Of a stretch of 64,000 nucleotides of DNA, positions 26,461-38,275 are shown piece by piece. Position 1 is the stretch's first letter. Each line of letters opens with the position of its first letter. The DNA lies in the NCBI RefSeq assembly GCF_006345805.1, contig NC_042999.1, forward strand, positions 114,948,001 to 115,012,000. The letters run 5' to 3'. The notes below the pieces were generated by a model. The model worked only from the letters and a program-made list of their open reading frames with translations. It was not told the origin of the DNA and searched no databases. Source of the stretch: Octopus sinensis. Its lineage: Eukaryota. Position numbers and translations under genes: made by a program.

Positions 26461-27550
26461 GAGGCGGAGAGCTGGCAGAATCTTTAGCGCATCGGACAAA
26501 GTGCTTAACGGCTTTTCTTGGTATTCTTTTCGTTCTGAGTTCAAATACCACTTTACTTTTCATCCTTTCAGAATCGATAAAAATAAGTACCGGTCAAGTA
26601 CTGGGGTTGATGGTATCGACTAACTCCTTCACTGAAAAACTATTGGCCTCTACCAAAACATGAAACAATTATTATAAGACAAAGGCGGCGAGCTGGCAGA
26701 AACGTTAGCACGCCGGGTGAAATGCTTAGCGGTATTTCGTCTGCCGCTACGTTCTGAGTTCAAATTCCGCCGAGGTCAACTTTGCCTTTCATCCTTTCGG
26801 GGTCGATTAAATAAGTACCAGTTACGCACTGGGGTCGATATAATCGACTTTATCCGTTTGTCTGTCCTTGTTTGTCCTCTCTGTGTTTAGCCCCTTGTGG
26901 GCAGTAAAGAAATAGGTATTTCGTCTGCCGCTACGTTCTGAGTTCAAATTCCGCCTTAGTCGACTTTGCCTTTTATCCTTTCAGGGTCGATAAATTAAGT
27001 ACCAGCTGCGTTCTAGGGTCGATCCAATCGACTGCCCCCCCCCCCTCCCCAAAAATGTTGGGCCCTGTGTCTAGAGAAGAAAAGATCATATTATAAGAGG
27101 ACCAGCTATTGGAAATGTTTGCGCATCGGGCACAATAGTTTGTGGCATTTCTTCAGGCTATTCACGTTCTGAGTTCAAAACACAGTGAGGTTAACTTTGC
27201 CTTTTATTCTTTCCGGGCCGAAACAAATAAAATACCAGTCAAGTACTGCGGTCAATGTTATCGATTATCTTCTTCCCTCTAGAATTACTGGCCTTGTGCC
27301 AATAACATTATTGTTATTGTTGTTGCTGATGATGATGATGATGATAATGATGATGAGGAGGAAGATGATGATGTTGATGATAATGATGATGAGGGCAGTG
27401 GATTGAAATCGTTTGACTGTTGAACAAATGCTTGGCGATATTTCTTCCGGCTCTTTACGTTCAAATGCCGTCGAGGTCAACTTTGCCTTTCATCCTTCCG
27501 GGATCAATAAAATAAAGTATTAGTCAAGTACTGGATCGATATAATCTATT
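26460..27550 (+). mobile_element. Head-to-tail run of about five SINE family B copies, including a self-nested or tandem pair at 26683-27085
   Basis: Repeated GGCGAGCTGGCAGAA...GAGTTCAAAT...GCCTTTCATCCTTTCGGGGTCGAT units, all on the plus strand. Confidence 0.85.
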
Positions 27551-27585
27551 AACCACCACCACCGTCCATTATTCCACACACACCA

Positions 27586-27628
<43 letters not shown>

Positions 27629-28739
27629 TTTCTGTCCTTGAGTCAATCATAGGTGTTGTTGTTGTTGTTGTCGTTCCTTAATTGCCGAAATTTCCATGCA
27701 TAATTAAGATATTACTATAACCGTTGTTGATTTGGTCTGTTGTACATTTCCTCCTATAATTAAATAAAAGGACTATTGCTTTTGCTGTTGTTGTTGCTGC
27801 TACTGTTGTTATTGCTGCCGCTGATGTTGCTGCTGTTGCTGTCACTGCTGTTGTTGCCGTTGTCGTCGCCATCATCGTCGTTGTTTCCGTTATCGACGTC
27901 GTTCGTGGTTGATAATTTTACTTCTTGTCATCACCATCGGCGTTTTCGTCGTAGTCACTGTTATTGCAGTCGGTTATTAATTAAATACCTAAATAAACAA
28001 ACATATAAAAGACCATTAGAAATGTTTTATTGCATTTGATTTCTTGTCTGAAGTCAATCATCAGAGATATATTTTTGGCTTGTATCAGCAGTTAGGATGA
28101 TTCTTTCAGCATATAAAACTGTTAAAGCTAAGTGTTATTAACCAATGAAATACACTTCTGTAAACATGATAGATTTGATGCAAGCTGTGAGCTGAAAACA
28201 ACGCACGCATTCTGAACATCGGTGTGCATCTAATTGGTGTAGGCATAAGAATGACAGTCATACTATAGAAATCGTGTATGGATGTGAGAAAATCGATCTC
28301 GTGTCATTCTAAGTTTCAGATTCTCTCCCTCTCCACTCTAACAACAATCACCACCGCCGACTCTATCACTAATCATGCCCATCGTCACCGCCATTATTTT
28401 ATCTTAACCAGTATTTCTCTTTCTCTCGTTCTCTCTCTCTTTTTCCCCTCTCTCTCTCTCTCTCTTCTCTCTCTCTCATACTTTCGCCTCCTATATCATT
28501 ATTAAGCAATATCTTTACTCGCCAATGTCTCCTTCTCCTTCTCCTTCATTTCCTCATTCAGCTATTACTGCTTTTCTTTCCGACAAAGCTTTAAAACGAT
28601 AGAAAGGAGGAAAAATATAAACGTGGCAGTAGTGAAGAAAGCGGAGGAAGGCGAGGAGGAGGATAGAAAAGTGAAAGAAAAGAGGAAAGAGAGGCAGGGT
28701 GAAATGGGATGGCAGAGAAGTTATCTTCTCATCTTCCAG

Positions 28740-29250
28740 CCGTCAGTAATGATCGATGACGTGGCAGGTCACGCGATCCTAGGGGACCGACGCCATTTGC
28801 TATCACGGCTGGTTGCCTGTACAGTCGTTTCATTGGCGATAAATTCCCTCCCGCCTCTCAGTTTTTCCCTTTAACTCGTAAGAGTTGTGCACCGCCCGCA
28901 CCGGTGGCCAAGCTTGAAAATATAAGGACCACTCAAATAAGTTTGTCTCTTGGTATTTCACGATCAACTATCTACTGATGAAAATGGTGCATGAAGAATG
29001 GGCAACTTCAACAGAAGTCTCGTTGGGCAGGCCGTGAATCTTGTGTTTGTTTAACGTTCACGGTACATAACCGATAATTTCGTCGCAGTACGCCACTCAT
29101 CTTCCATAACAAATGTACAAAATACTAAACTCTATTTGAATGAAAAGTCTAAGTGAAGCCATCAGAGAAATTTACTGCAAACTACGTCACGCTCCGTTGG
29201 GGCGCTCGGTTTTCTGATGGTGTTTTTGTCAGAACGATTGCTGCTGCGCG
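28740..29250. promoter_or_regulatory. CpG-enriched unique island, candidate regulatory element
   Basis: Non-repetitive and CpG-richer than its flanks; TGACGTGGCA (28757-28766, CREB3/XBP1-type) and CGCCATTTG (28791-28799, YY1-like). Motif match only. Confidence 0.25.
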
Positions 29251-29292
29251 GAAGAAAATGAAACAAAAACAAATAAAGAGAAAAATGAACAA

Positions 29293-29336
<44 letters not shown>

Positions 29337-29547
29337 AAGCCAATATTTAGTTGTGGCTGGTAGCGGGAAGTGGCAGGGACGGTATGTGACTCTTGTCGTG
29401 TGGTTCAGATGGATTACACAGCTTCTATGCAAGCAATTTATTTATAAGTTTTCTACGTGTGATAAAAAGTGCAATAAAATTAGATATTCGAACATGTATA
29501 ATATTTTATGTATGACTGCATGATATATTTACATACATATAAATATA

Positions 29548-29651
<104 letters not shown>

Positions 29652-30229
29652 TACATATACACATGTACATATATGCATATACATATATATATATAATATA
29701 TATATATATAATATACACATATATATACAAATTATATATATACACATATATACATACTCACACACACACATACACGCACACATACTCGTAGATATTTGCA
29801 TATATCTCCATAAAAAAAGAAAAAGTCAGACAGATAACATATCTGTATGTCTACAAATACATGTGTCTGCATATGCGCTTACGCATGTACATGCATATTT
29901 TTCATATATACATGTGTGTGCATATATATGTGTGTGTGTGTGTGTATATATATAAACAAATATATGTGTATATGTATGCGTGTATAAATTATATGAGAGT
30001 ATGTATATGTGTGTGTATGTATGTGTGTGCGTGCGTGAATATATGCACACACTGTACATACCTATATAATACAATTATCATATATATATTCATATATGTA
30101 TAAATAAATATGTGTACACAAACTCTCTCTCTCTTTCTTTCCCGCTCTTTCTCTCTCTTTCTCTCTCTCACACACGTGCACACGTACGCACTCAGACACA
30201 AACTCACCCACACACACACGCACATATTG

Positions 30230-30500
30230 CAGGTGCAGGAGGTTCTGGGTTCGATTGCACCGCGAGGCATCTTTTGCAAATGCTATTTTCTGCATCTTCC
30301 TCTCGGCCCATTTTCTGCAACCTCCGCTCGGCCCCTACCTTGGCCCTTACTTTATGAAATCTTGACGGGTACGTTATACCTATAATTCAAAAGGGACAGC
30401 CTTGTTATACATTGCGTCGTACTGACTCTACCTCAGAGTTACGTTAACGGAACACGTATCAGTGGAATACCCAGCCACTTGTACATTAAATCAGGAGCAG
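30230..30500 (+). mobile_element. Degenerate SINE with family D tail
   Basis: GGTTCTGGGTTCGATTGCACCGCG head; CAAAAGGGACAGCCTTGTTATAC...GTTACGTTAACGGAACACGT tail, reverse-complementary to 9247-9400. Confidence 0.6.
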
Positions 30501-30739
30501 GTAATTCAGTTGGTCGAACGAGTGCATCCCCATAGTCAATCAACGGAGATCTACCAAATACGTATGTATATGTGTGAGCATGTCCTTGAGTTTATGTGTT
30601 TATGTATGAGTATATGTGCGCGCGTGTGTGTGTGCTTGTATATGTGTGTGTCTTGTATTATTGTGTGTATGTCTATGTGATTGGGGGATGTATGTATGCC
30701 TGTATGTTTATATATATGTACGTTGTCTATCTTTTATAA

Positions 30740-31112
30740 TTTCAAGTCTTCCTGCAAGACTGTATCTGGTTCCTAACAAAGATACAAAGATCTTTTGTCC
30801 GAATGAAGATAACGAAAACAAATTCATTTTTTGAACTTGAGAAAAGTTTTGCATATTTTTACTATGTTACTTTCAGTATGTATTTGTAATGTCCGTGTAA
30901 GCTGATTGGTTTCCTTTTCTGAAAACCCTAGCTTTTCCAAATTGTCATTTAAGTATTTACTCACAAAACCAAATTTACCAATTATTATTGGTTTAAGTGT
31001 GAATATATAATCTGGATATAGAAACTGAAGGATTTGTAGCAGTTGTCTGTAGTTATCCTCTTTCTCCTTGAATTTTGAAGAGCTATTCATATCAGCAGAG
31101 CAGCTGACCTCT
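30740..31112 (-). mobile_element. 3' fragment of a second RLE-type (R4-like) non-LTR element, flanked by (ATGT)n
   Basis: EVSCSADMNSSSKFKEKEDNYRQLLQILQFLYPDYIFTLKPIIIGKFG...IVKICKTFLKF* matches the RLE C-terminus (KxxxY, PIIIGxxG). Confidence 0.7.
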
Positions 31113-31126
31113 AAGTATGTATGTAT

Positions 31127-31408
31127 GTCATTATTCAGTTTTATTTCAAGATTTCTTGTAAATAGTGAAAGAGCCAGTTTCTAACCAATATCCAAGGATC
31201 CTTCATTGGAATTTCAACAACATCAAAAGGGTATTTTTGTATGTATATACATGTGCAGATTTGTATGTTTTGTTTTGTGTGTGTATGTATGTATATCATT
31301 ATTCAGTTTTATTTCAAGATTTCTTGTCAGTAGAGAAAGAGCCGGTTTCTAACCTAGATCCAAGGTCCCTTCATTGGAATTTTAACATCAACAACAGGGT
31401 ATTTTTGT
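31127..31408 (-). repeat. Two copies of a ~115-bp element in (ATGT)n; third copy at 48174-48284 on the opposite strand
   Basis: TCATTATTCAGTTTTATTTCAAGATTTCTTG...GAGCCGGTTTCTAACC...CCTTCATTGGAATTT...GGGTATTTTTG repeated. Confidence 0.85.
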
Positions 31409-31415
31409 TTGTATG

Positions 31416-31449
<34 letters not shown>

Positions 31450-31475
31450 TGTATGTATTATACATGCATGCATGC

Positions 31476-31508
<33 letters not shown>

Positions 31509-31729
31509 TGTATTATGTATGTATGTATTATGTATGTATGTATATATGTATATATGTATGTATTACTGACTTCTGGACACACGATATTTCGTTATGCAGC
31601 CATAATATGTTTTTATAAATTAATACCGTGTTTATAAATCTATACTTTCAAAATCAGCGCTGGCTATAATTTCAATAGATAATCTGTAGAGATGACCTTA
31701 ACACGTCTGTCTGTATGTATACATGTGTT

Positions 31730-32970
31730 TTCTTTTTGTCTTTAATCTAGATTTAATTTTGATCGGCCACCTGACTGAAAACAAGGTTTTGAAGGTAAGC
31801 ATTGACAATCCCTTTCCACACTACATGGTCCTGCATTGCTGTGTTTAGATCTCTAATATCCAGCTCTGAGTCCTGAGATATAGTATCTGGAAATGTCAGT
31901 TTCCTGGAGAAAACTCTTCCAGAGGGATGCCATAGGAGCAGGGATGAGATAACCTCTTTCTCTCCTCGATGACAGTGGCCAGCAAAATGTAGCCGTTTTT
32001 GCTTTAGCTTGAGGGATATTGGTATCAGATTTACGCAGATGTTACTAAGTGTGTAAATCCAACTAATGTTCTGTATCTTTCTGAGCAGGTTGGTACATGT
32101 TCCATCTAGTTGCTTTTCTAAGAGAGCCGATAAGGTCCAGGTCTTTTATCCATAGAGAAGAACCGGCTCAATCATGTTCTAAATATTTTATCTTTTAACG
32201 TGGGTGAAAGGTTTGAGCGCCAGATCTTCTCAAGTCTGGTACATGCATCTCAAGCAAGAGCTTTGCCGATGCGAAAGTCCTTTTGGGAGTCTACTATGTG
32301 TGATCCAAGATATTTGAAGTTGTCAACGTTTTTGATTGATATATTATTGAGCGATTTAAGTTAGGCTAACTTGGAGGAGGTCGTGATAAACTGTCTTACT
32401 CTCGTTGCAGAAAAGGTCAACCTGGTTCGCTGCTTTCTCCAGTGATGAAGTCAAGATCAGTTAGATATTGTGCACAATGCTCACTGCTCTGGCGGGGTTC
32501 CAAAAAGAGTCCCTTTTCCTCCACACTGTCTAGGGAAATGCGTAGAACATAGTTAAGAGCAATAACGAACAAGAAAGAAGCGAGTGTGACACCCTGCAGA
32601 ACACCTGCTTCAACTTCAAAGAGATCAGTCTCTTTGAAGTTTTATCTCCATCAGGAGGTAAAACTGTGGCAATGGAGTTTGTGTACAACAATCTGATAGT
32701 ATCAGTAATCCTGGGAGGAACACCATAGAGTTCAAGGATTTTAAACATAAGGTCTCTGCTGATGTAAAGGCTTTGCGAAAGTCGACAAAACAGATTGTGA
32801 TGCTTTTGTTAAACTTTTTCATTTTTTCCAGTATGCGCCGGTTGGAGAGAATTTGAGCAGTTGTTGACCGGCCGCTTCTAAATCCATTCTGATTTTTACG
32901 AAGAAGTGGATCGAGCATAGGTACAATCCTATTAAACAGAAGTTTTGTTATAAAATTTTGCTGCAATTGA
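31730..32970 (-). mobile_element. Decayed RTE-like LINE RT region
   Basis: LDPLLRKNQNGFRSGRSTTAQIL, FVDFRKAF, ILELYGVPPRI, GVLQGVTLASFLF, FKYLGSH and RLHFAGHCHR, with frameshifts. Confidence 0.85.
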
Positions 32971-32990
32971 GATCGGAGTAAGCCCTTTTG

Positions 32991-33058
<68 letters not shown>

Positions 33059-33069
33059 ATATATATGTA

Positions 33070-33286
33070 TATTGATAAAACGGTAAGATAACAAAAGAAA
33101 GAAAGAGACCTCAATATTATGTAAATAGAGGAAATTTATCTATACAATTATATGTTACATTACTCGATAGTCAAGATAAAACTCTGAGTTTCAGGTGCCG
33201 AAGTGGAAGAGATGTCGTGGATTCCCACTTCGGCATCTGAAACTCAGAGTTTTATCTTGACTATCGAGTAATGTAACATATAATTG

Positions 33287-33290
<4 letters not shown>
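33070..33290. repeat. Fold-back (66-bp inverted repeat) of a pLTR/HHR family unit, in (TA)n
   Basis: Arms 33141-33206 and 33225-33290 are reverse complements with one mismatch and an 18-nt spacer; homologous to 7120-7260. Confidence 0.9.
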
Positions 33291-33320
<30 letters not shown>

Positions 33321-33569
33321 ATATATATATATATATTATATATATATTATATATATATAGATATATATATAATATATATACATACATACATACATACATA
33401 ATACATACATACATACATACATACATACATACATACATCATATATACATAATATATAGTGGGAAAGTGTATGTACGTACATATACATTTATATATATATA
33501 ACTTTGATAGGTTCGGCCAGTATAGGCCTAGGTCATGTCTAACTTAATAGCACTACCTGGTGCTATATC

Positions 33570-33620
<51 letters not shown>

Positions 33621-33732
33621 AATGAAAGACGGAAGATGGAATGTGAGAGTGACCGTGCTTTACCAGTAAGCTACCAGGTGTAAACCATTCGTTTTATTAT
33701 CCAATATATATATATGTATATGTGTATGTATG

Positions 33733-33773
<41 letters not shown>

Positions 33774-34599
33774 AGACATACTCATATGCATACATATATA
33801 CATGTAAATATGTATACACACACACACACACACATACACACACATTTCATTTGAGAGTTCCACAAATAAAGCATTTTTATCCAACAATGCAGTATTGAAA
33901 ACTCACACTCACTGTTCGATATAAGTGTGTGTGTGTGTGTGTGTACATGTACGTGTGTGTGTCTTTGTGTGGCGGGGGTGTTTCTTTATGTATGTATATG
34001 TATATGTATATATATGTGTGTGTATGTGTGTGTGCGTGTGTGTGTATGTATGTATGTATGTATGTATGTATGTATGTATGTATGTATGTATGTATGTATA
34101 TGTGCTTATGTGTGTGCGTGTGTCTGTGTGTGTGTCTAAGTGTATATATATATAGCGATGGTGGACCTCCGTCGTTCGACGATAGTATTCAGTTGTACGA
34201 CCAGCTGCATAAGCCGGTCCCTAACTAACACGCAAGCGGCTGAGTATTCCATAGACAGGTGAACACTTAACATATTTCTCAGACAAAGTCAGCGTAACAT
34301 AGTGTCTGAGAAGGCTGAACCGTTTGAATTACATGTACAATTCATCCACCTGACAAGCTTCTATACAGTCTCCACCTACCTAACTTCACTCACGAGATTT
34401 AGATCGCCCCGATGCTATAGAATATAAAATTTATTTTAGATACTGAACACTGGAATCGAACTTGGGATCTCATAACATCGAAGGGAACAACTACATCTAT
34501 GTGTATTTGTGTATCTGTAAGTATATACATGTATGAGCGTGTGAATGTATATGTGTGTGTCTGTGTTTGTCTGTGTGTGTGTGTCTGTGTGTATGTATG

Positions 34600-34698
<99 letters not shown>

Positions 34699-34976
34699 AC
34701 AGACAGACAGACAGGCGATAGTTAGATAGATTTACATATATATACATATATAGCTATGCATACATATATAAAGGGAGAGAGAGAGAGATATGCATCTATA
34801 TACATATATAAACAAATACATGTATACAAGCAAACATAAAAACATATGTGGTGGGGATGTTATACCAATAGGTAATCCGATTCTGCATTGGTCGACCAAG
34901 ATGAAGATATGTTGAAAAAGATTTATTTTTAAAAAGTCAGCTACCCCGACAGCAGATACGCTCGTATAGATAGATA

Positions 34977-36262
34977 TGTTTCTTTATTAGCCACATAGGG
35001 CTGCACACAGATAGAACAAATTACAAGGTAGAGCTTTTCTTTTGAAGGTTTTAAAAAAAAAAAAAAAAAAAAAGGAAGGGGGAGTTTCGATCAAAAGGGA
35101 TCGTAAAAGGAGAGAAAGAGGACAAAAAAAGGGGGGTTAAAAAAAAGGGGGAGAGGGAAAAAAGAAAAAAAAAATGATCAATAGGGATCGTTATCACAGA
35201 AATGTCAATATGAAGTGTAAAGGGGAGGACAGGTGAGGTTTACCCGTGGAAAGAAAAGCCTACGGAAAAGACCACGGTAACCTCGGTCAATGGAGTCACA
35301 TGTTATATTTCTTTTTTTTTTTTTTGCAAATAAGCAACTCTCTGTTTTCAATTTCTGGGTTCATAGGATCATGCTCAAGGTGGTTTCGTCATTCAAACGT
35401 GCCATTCTTGCTACATTCACCCATCTTTTTTTAAACATTCGCTAGACAAAACTTGCCTCTCTACTCTCACTTTCCTTTTCAAGTGGTACTTGAAGAAGTT
35501 GATGAGAGATTGACCAGAGAGGAAAGTGTTTGTCTCCAATCCTTTCAGACGCGTCCACCAGATACATTCTTTCGCATAGCCACAAGGATGATGAAAATAG
35601 CTCTTCCTTCCGTTTGAAGGAGGGAGGCGTGACAATATTGACGATAAACTCAGCTGATAAACCGACTCGTCCCACACGTGACAGCAGTTGTTCGACACAA
35701 GCCCACAGGTCGGAAATTGTTGGACACTGCACGAGTGCGTGCAGAACGGTTTCGTCGCTCTGACCGCATCTCGGGCAGGTCGGCCCCGTGTTTCTCGAGC
35801 GTGTCTGTAGAGCTTATCCCGAACGGGTAGCGCTTCTCGGTAGCACTGCCAGGCCATGGATCTCTGAAGTTGTCCATGGGCCCTGGCCCAAAAGTCGTCC
35901 TGAACAGGCGGGTCAGGTACTCCTCGTCGACGTCCAGGTTCGCCCCGAGCTCGTCGTCGTACCTCCCCTCCACTAAACCCCTATAGAATGCTTTGGTTGT
36001 GTTGAAGTCACTCAAGGTCGACCCAGGACGGCAGAGTTGCTTGAGAGCAACGCGACACTCGCGGTGCCATTCGCCCTTCTTCGGCCTCTTTTTGATCCAC
36101 GACTGCAGTTCGGTCATGGAGACGAGCTGCGGGAAAGCGTGCCTCACAAACGGCGACCACACCTGTTCACCGTCGTCTACATAGAGCCAGAGATGTCGCA
36201 GTCTCAGCGCGTGTCTGCGCATCATCAACCACGGCATGTCCAGCCCTCCTTTTAACGGGTGT
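34977..36262 (-). mobile_element. Young 5'-truncated Tx1/L1-like LINE (RT C-terminus, Zn-finger, 3' UTR) with 15-bp TSD at a (GATA)n tract
   Basis: HPLKGGLDMPWLMMRRHALRLRHLW..., and CPRCGQSDETVLHALVQC across frames; TSD TCGTATAGATAGATA at 34962-34976 and 36263-36277; CpGs retained. Confidence 0.85.
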
Positions 36263-36266
36263 TCGT

Positions 36267-36364
<98 letters not shown>

Positions 36365-36464
36365 GTATACACGTACACACATGCACACACATATACATTG
36401 ATATTCATGTATGTATATGTGTATATGTATATAATATGTGTATGTATATTTTTCATTCTTTTTC

Positions 36465-36852
36465 TTTTATTTGTTTCAGTCGTTTAACTGTGGCCGTACT
36501 GGAGCACCGCCTTAAAGGATGTTAGTCGAAGAAATCGACCCCAGAACTTACTCTTTGAAAGCCTAATACTTATTCTATCGTTCTCTTTTGCCGAACCGCT
36601 AAGTTACGGAGACATAGACACACCAGCATCGGTTGTCAAGCGATGGCGGAGAGAACAAACAACAACAACACACAAATATATACACATATCTTTATACGAA
36701 GGGCTTCTTCCAGTTTCCGTCTACCAAATCCACTCACAAGGCTTTCGTTGGCCCAAGGCTAAAGTAGAAGACACTTGCCCAAGGTGCTACACAGTGAGAC
36801 TGAACCCGGAACTATGTGGTTGGAAAGCAAGCTTCTTACCACACAGCCATGA
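36465..36852 (-). mobile_element. SINE family A, full length, short internal spacer
   Basis: Reverse match to both halves of 286-730. Confidence 0.9.
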
Positions 36853-36910
36853 TGCATACGTATATACATGTGTCTATAAATTATATAATATATATATATA
36901 TATATATATA

Positions 36911-38275
36911 GAAAATAGTAAAGTGTAAAACACGACAGAAGGCTTAAATGTTTAAAAAATATATATATATTTGTGTCAAAATGTCTGGAGAATATTGGAA
37001 AAGTTTTTTCCTTTCCTTAAAATGACATAATTTTAAAATTTTAAAGAAATTACCCTTCCGTTTCGCGTGTAGCTTTTCAAATTTCTTGTGACGTTATGTT
37101 TATATTGCATGGAATTATCGTTGTTTTTATTTCCAGGAGATTTCTAAATAAGGGGAGGGTAGTGAGTGATTTTTTTCCGGTGTAGGGGAGATAATCGCTT
37201 AAAAATTTTTTTTTCCATTTCCTTGTTAATTTCTCTGTGTCAGTATGTTCGGATGGTTGAGTCTGGGTTTTGTACTTTTCAATGAAGAATGTTTCCTTGT
37301 TCAGTCTCATTTGTGTTGATGATCCGAAAGCACATTGGTAAAATGGGAAGATTAAAAATTGTGGCAGTAGTTGCTTTGCGCATTTCTCAATGTGCTCACT
37401 AAAAGGTATCATTCTATATTCTGGGATGCAATCTGTTGTCGATGCAGTGTGCATCTGCGCCTGAGTGATAGTCCCGTGGAACCCACGTAGTCTGGTGGCA
37501 GCCCGAGCATTTAATAACATAAATTATGTTTTCAGAGGCACAAGTAAAGTTAGATTTGATCTTAAATTTCTTCCCTCTTTAAAGAAGAATTCTGATCCTT
37601 CCAATAGGTTAGGACATGTTGCACAGTTCGATCTACCACATTTTTTTACTTTTTGCATCCGTAATTTTAGAAGACAATTTTGCCTTTGTGAGAATCTTTT
37701 TAAGTGATTTAGGCTGTTTGTAGCTTTTAATGATTTGGTGTATGTTAGAATTTCCTTTAATTTTGGGTTTTTTATGAAGTATTGGTAAATTCTGGGTGAT
37801 GATGGTGAAGGCTTCTTGTTTTTGGGGTTGTATGTAGATATGTAAGGTAGTATTTTCGGGAAGGTGTGTTGTTGTGTTGAACTTTCTTAAAGTTTCTATG
37901 TTGATTTCTGTTGCACGTCTGATCCATCCTCTATGAGTTTGAGCTGGGTAATGTCTGTCAATTAGGGTGTTTTTGAGTTTCTTGCAGTCTAAAGTTCCTG
38001 GTATTTTGTTCTGACACTATTGTGCATATCCTTCTTGCAAGGTTGAAGGGGATTTTTGTTTAGTGTGTCTTGGGTGGCATGAATTAAAAAGAAGGTATTG
38101 TTTGGCGTCTGTGGCTTTGTAAAAAATGTCTGTTTGTTTTTAAGGTTAATTTTTTTAATTAGTATATCCAAGAACGGGAGCTCCTTTTGGTTGTATTCCA
38201 TTGTGAACTGTATATTTGGTTTATGCTGTTCAATAGGTTTTTAAATTTTAGGAGTTTATCTATGTTTTCATTCCA
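36911..38275 (-). mobile_element. Inverted duplicate of the 3' 1.35 kb of the adjacent Penelope-like element
   Basis: Reverse complement of ~39213-40554 (ELPFLDIL, PEYRMIPFSEHIEKCAKQLLPQF and 3' pLTR); differences are largely 1-nt indels. Confidence 0.92.
37044..37087 (-). ncRNA. Hammerhead motif, U3:A8 core variant
   Basis: AAGAAAT-TTGAAAA-GCtacacGC-GAA-ACggaaggGT-A-ATTTCTT; perfect 7-bp stem I. Confidence 0.65.

Noticed and set aside
28975-29005. CTGATGAAAATGGTGCATGAAG
   Set aside because: GAAG instead of GAAA, and no flanking stems.
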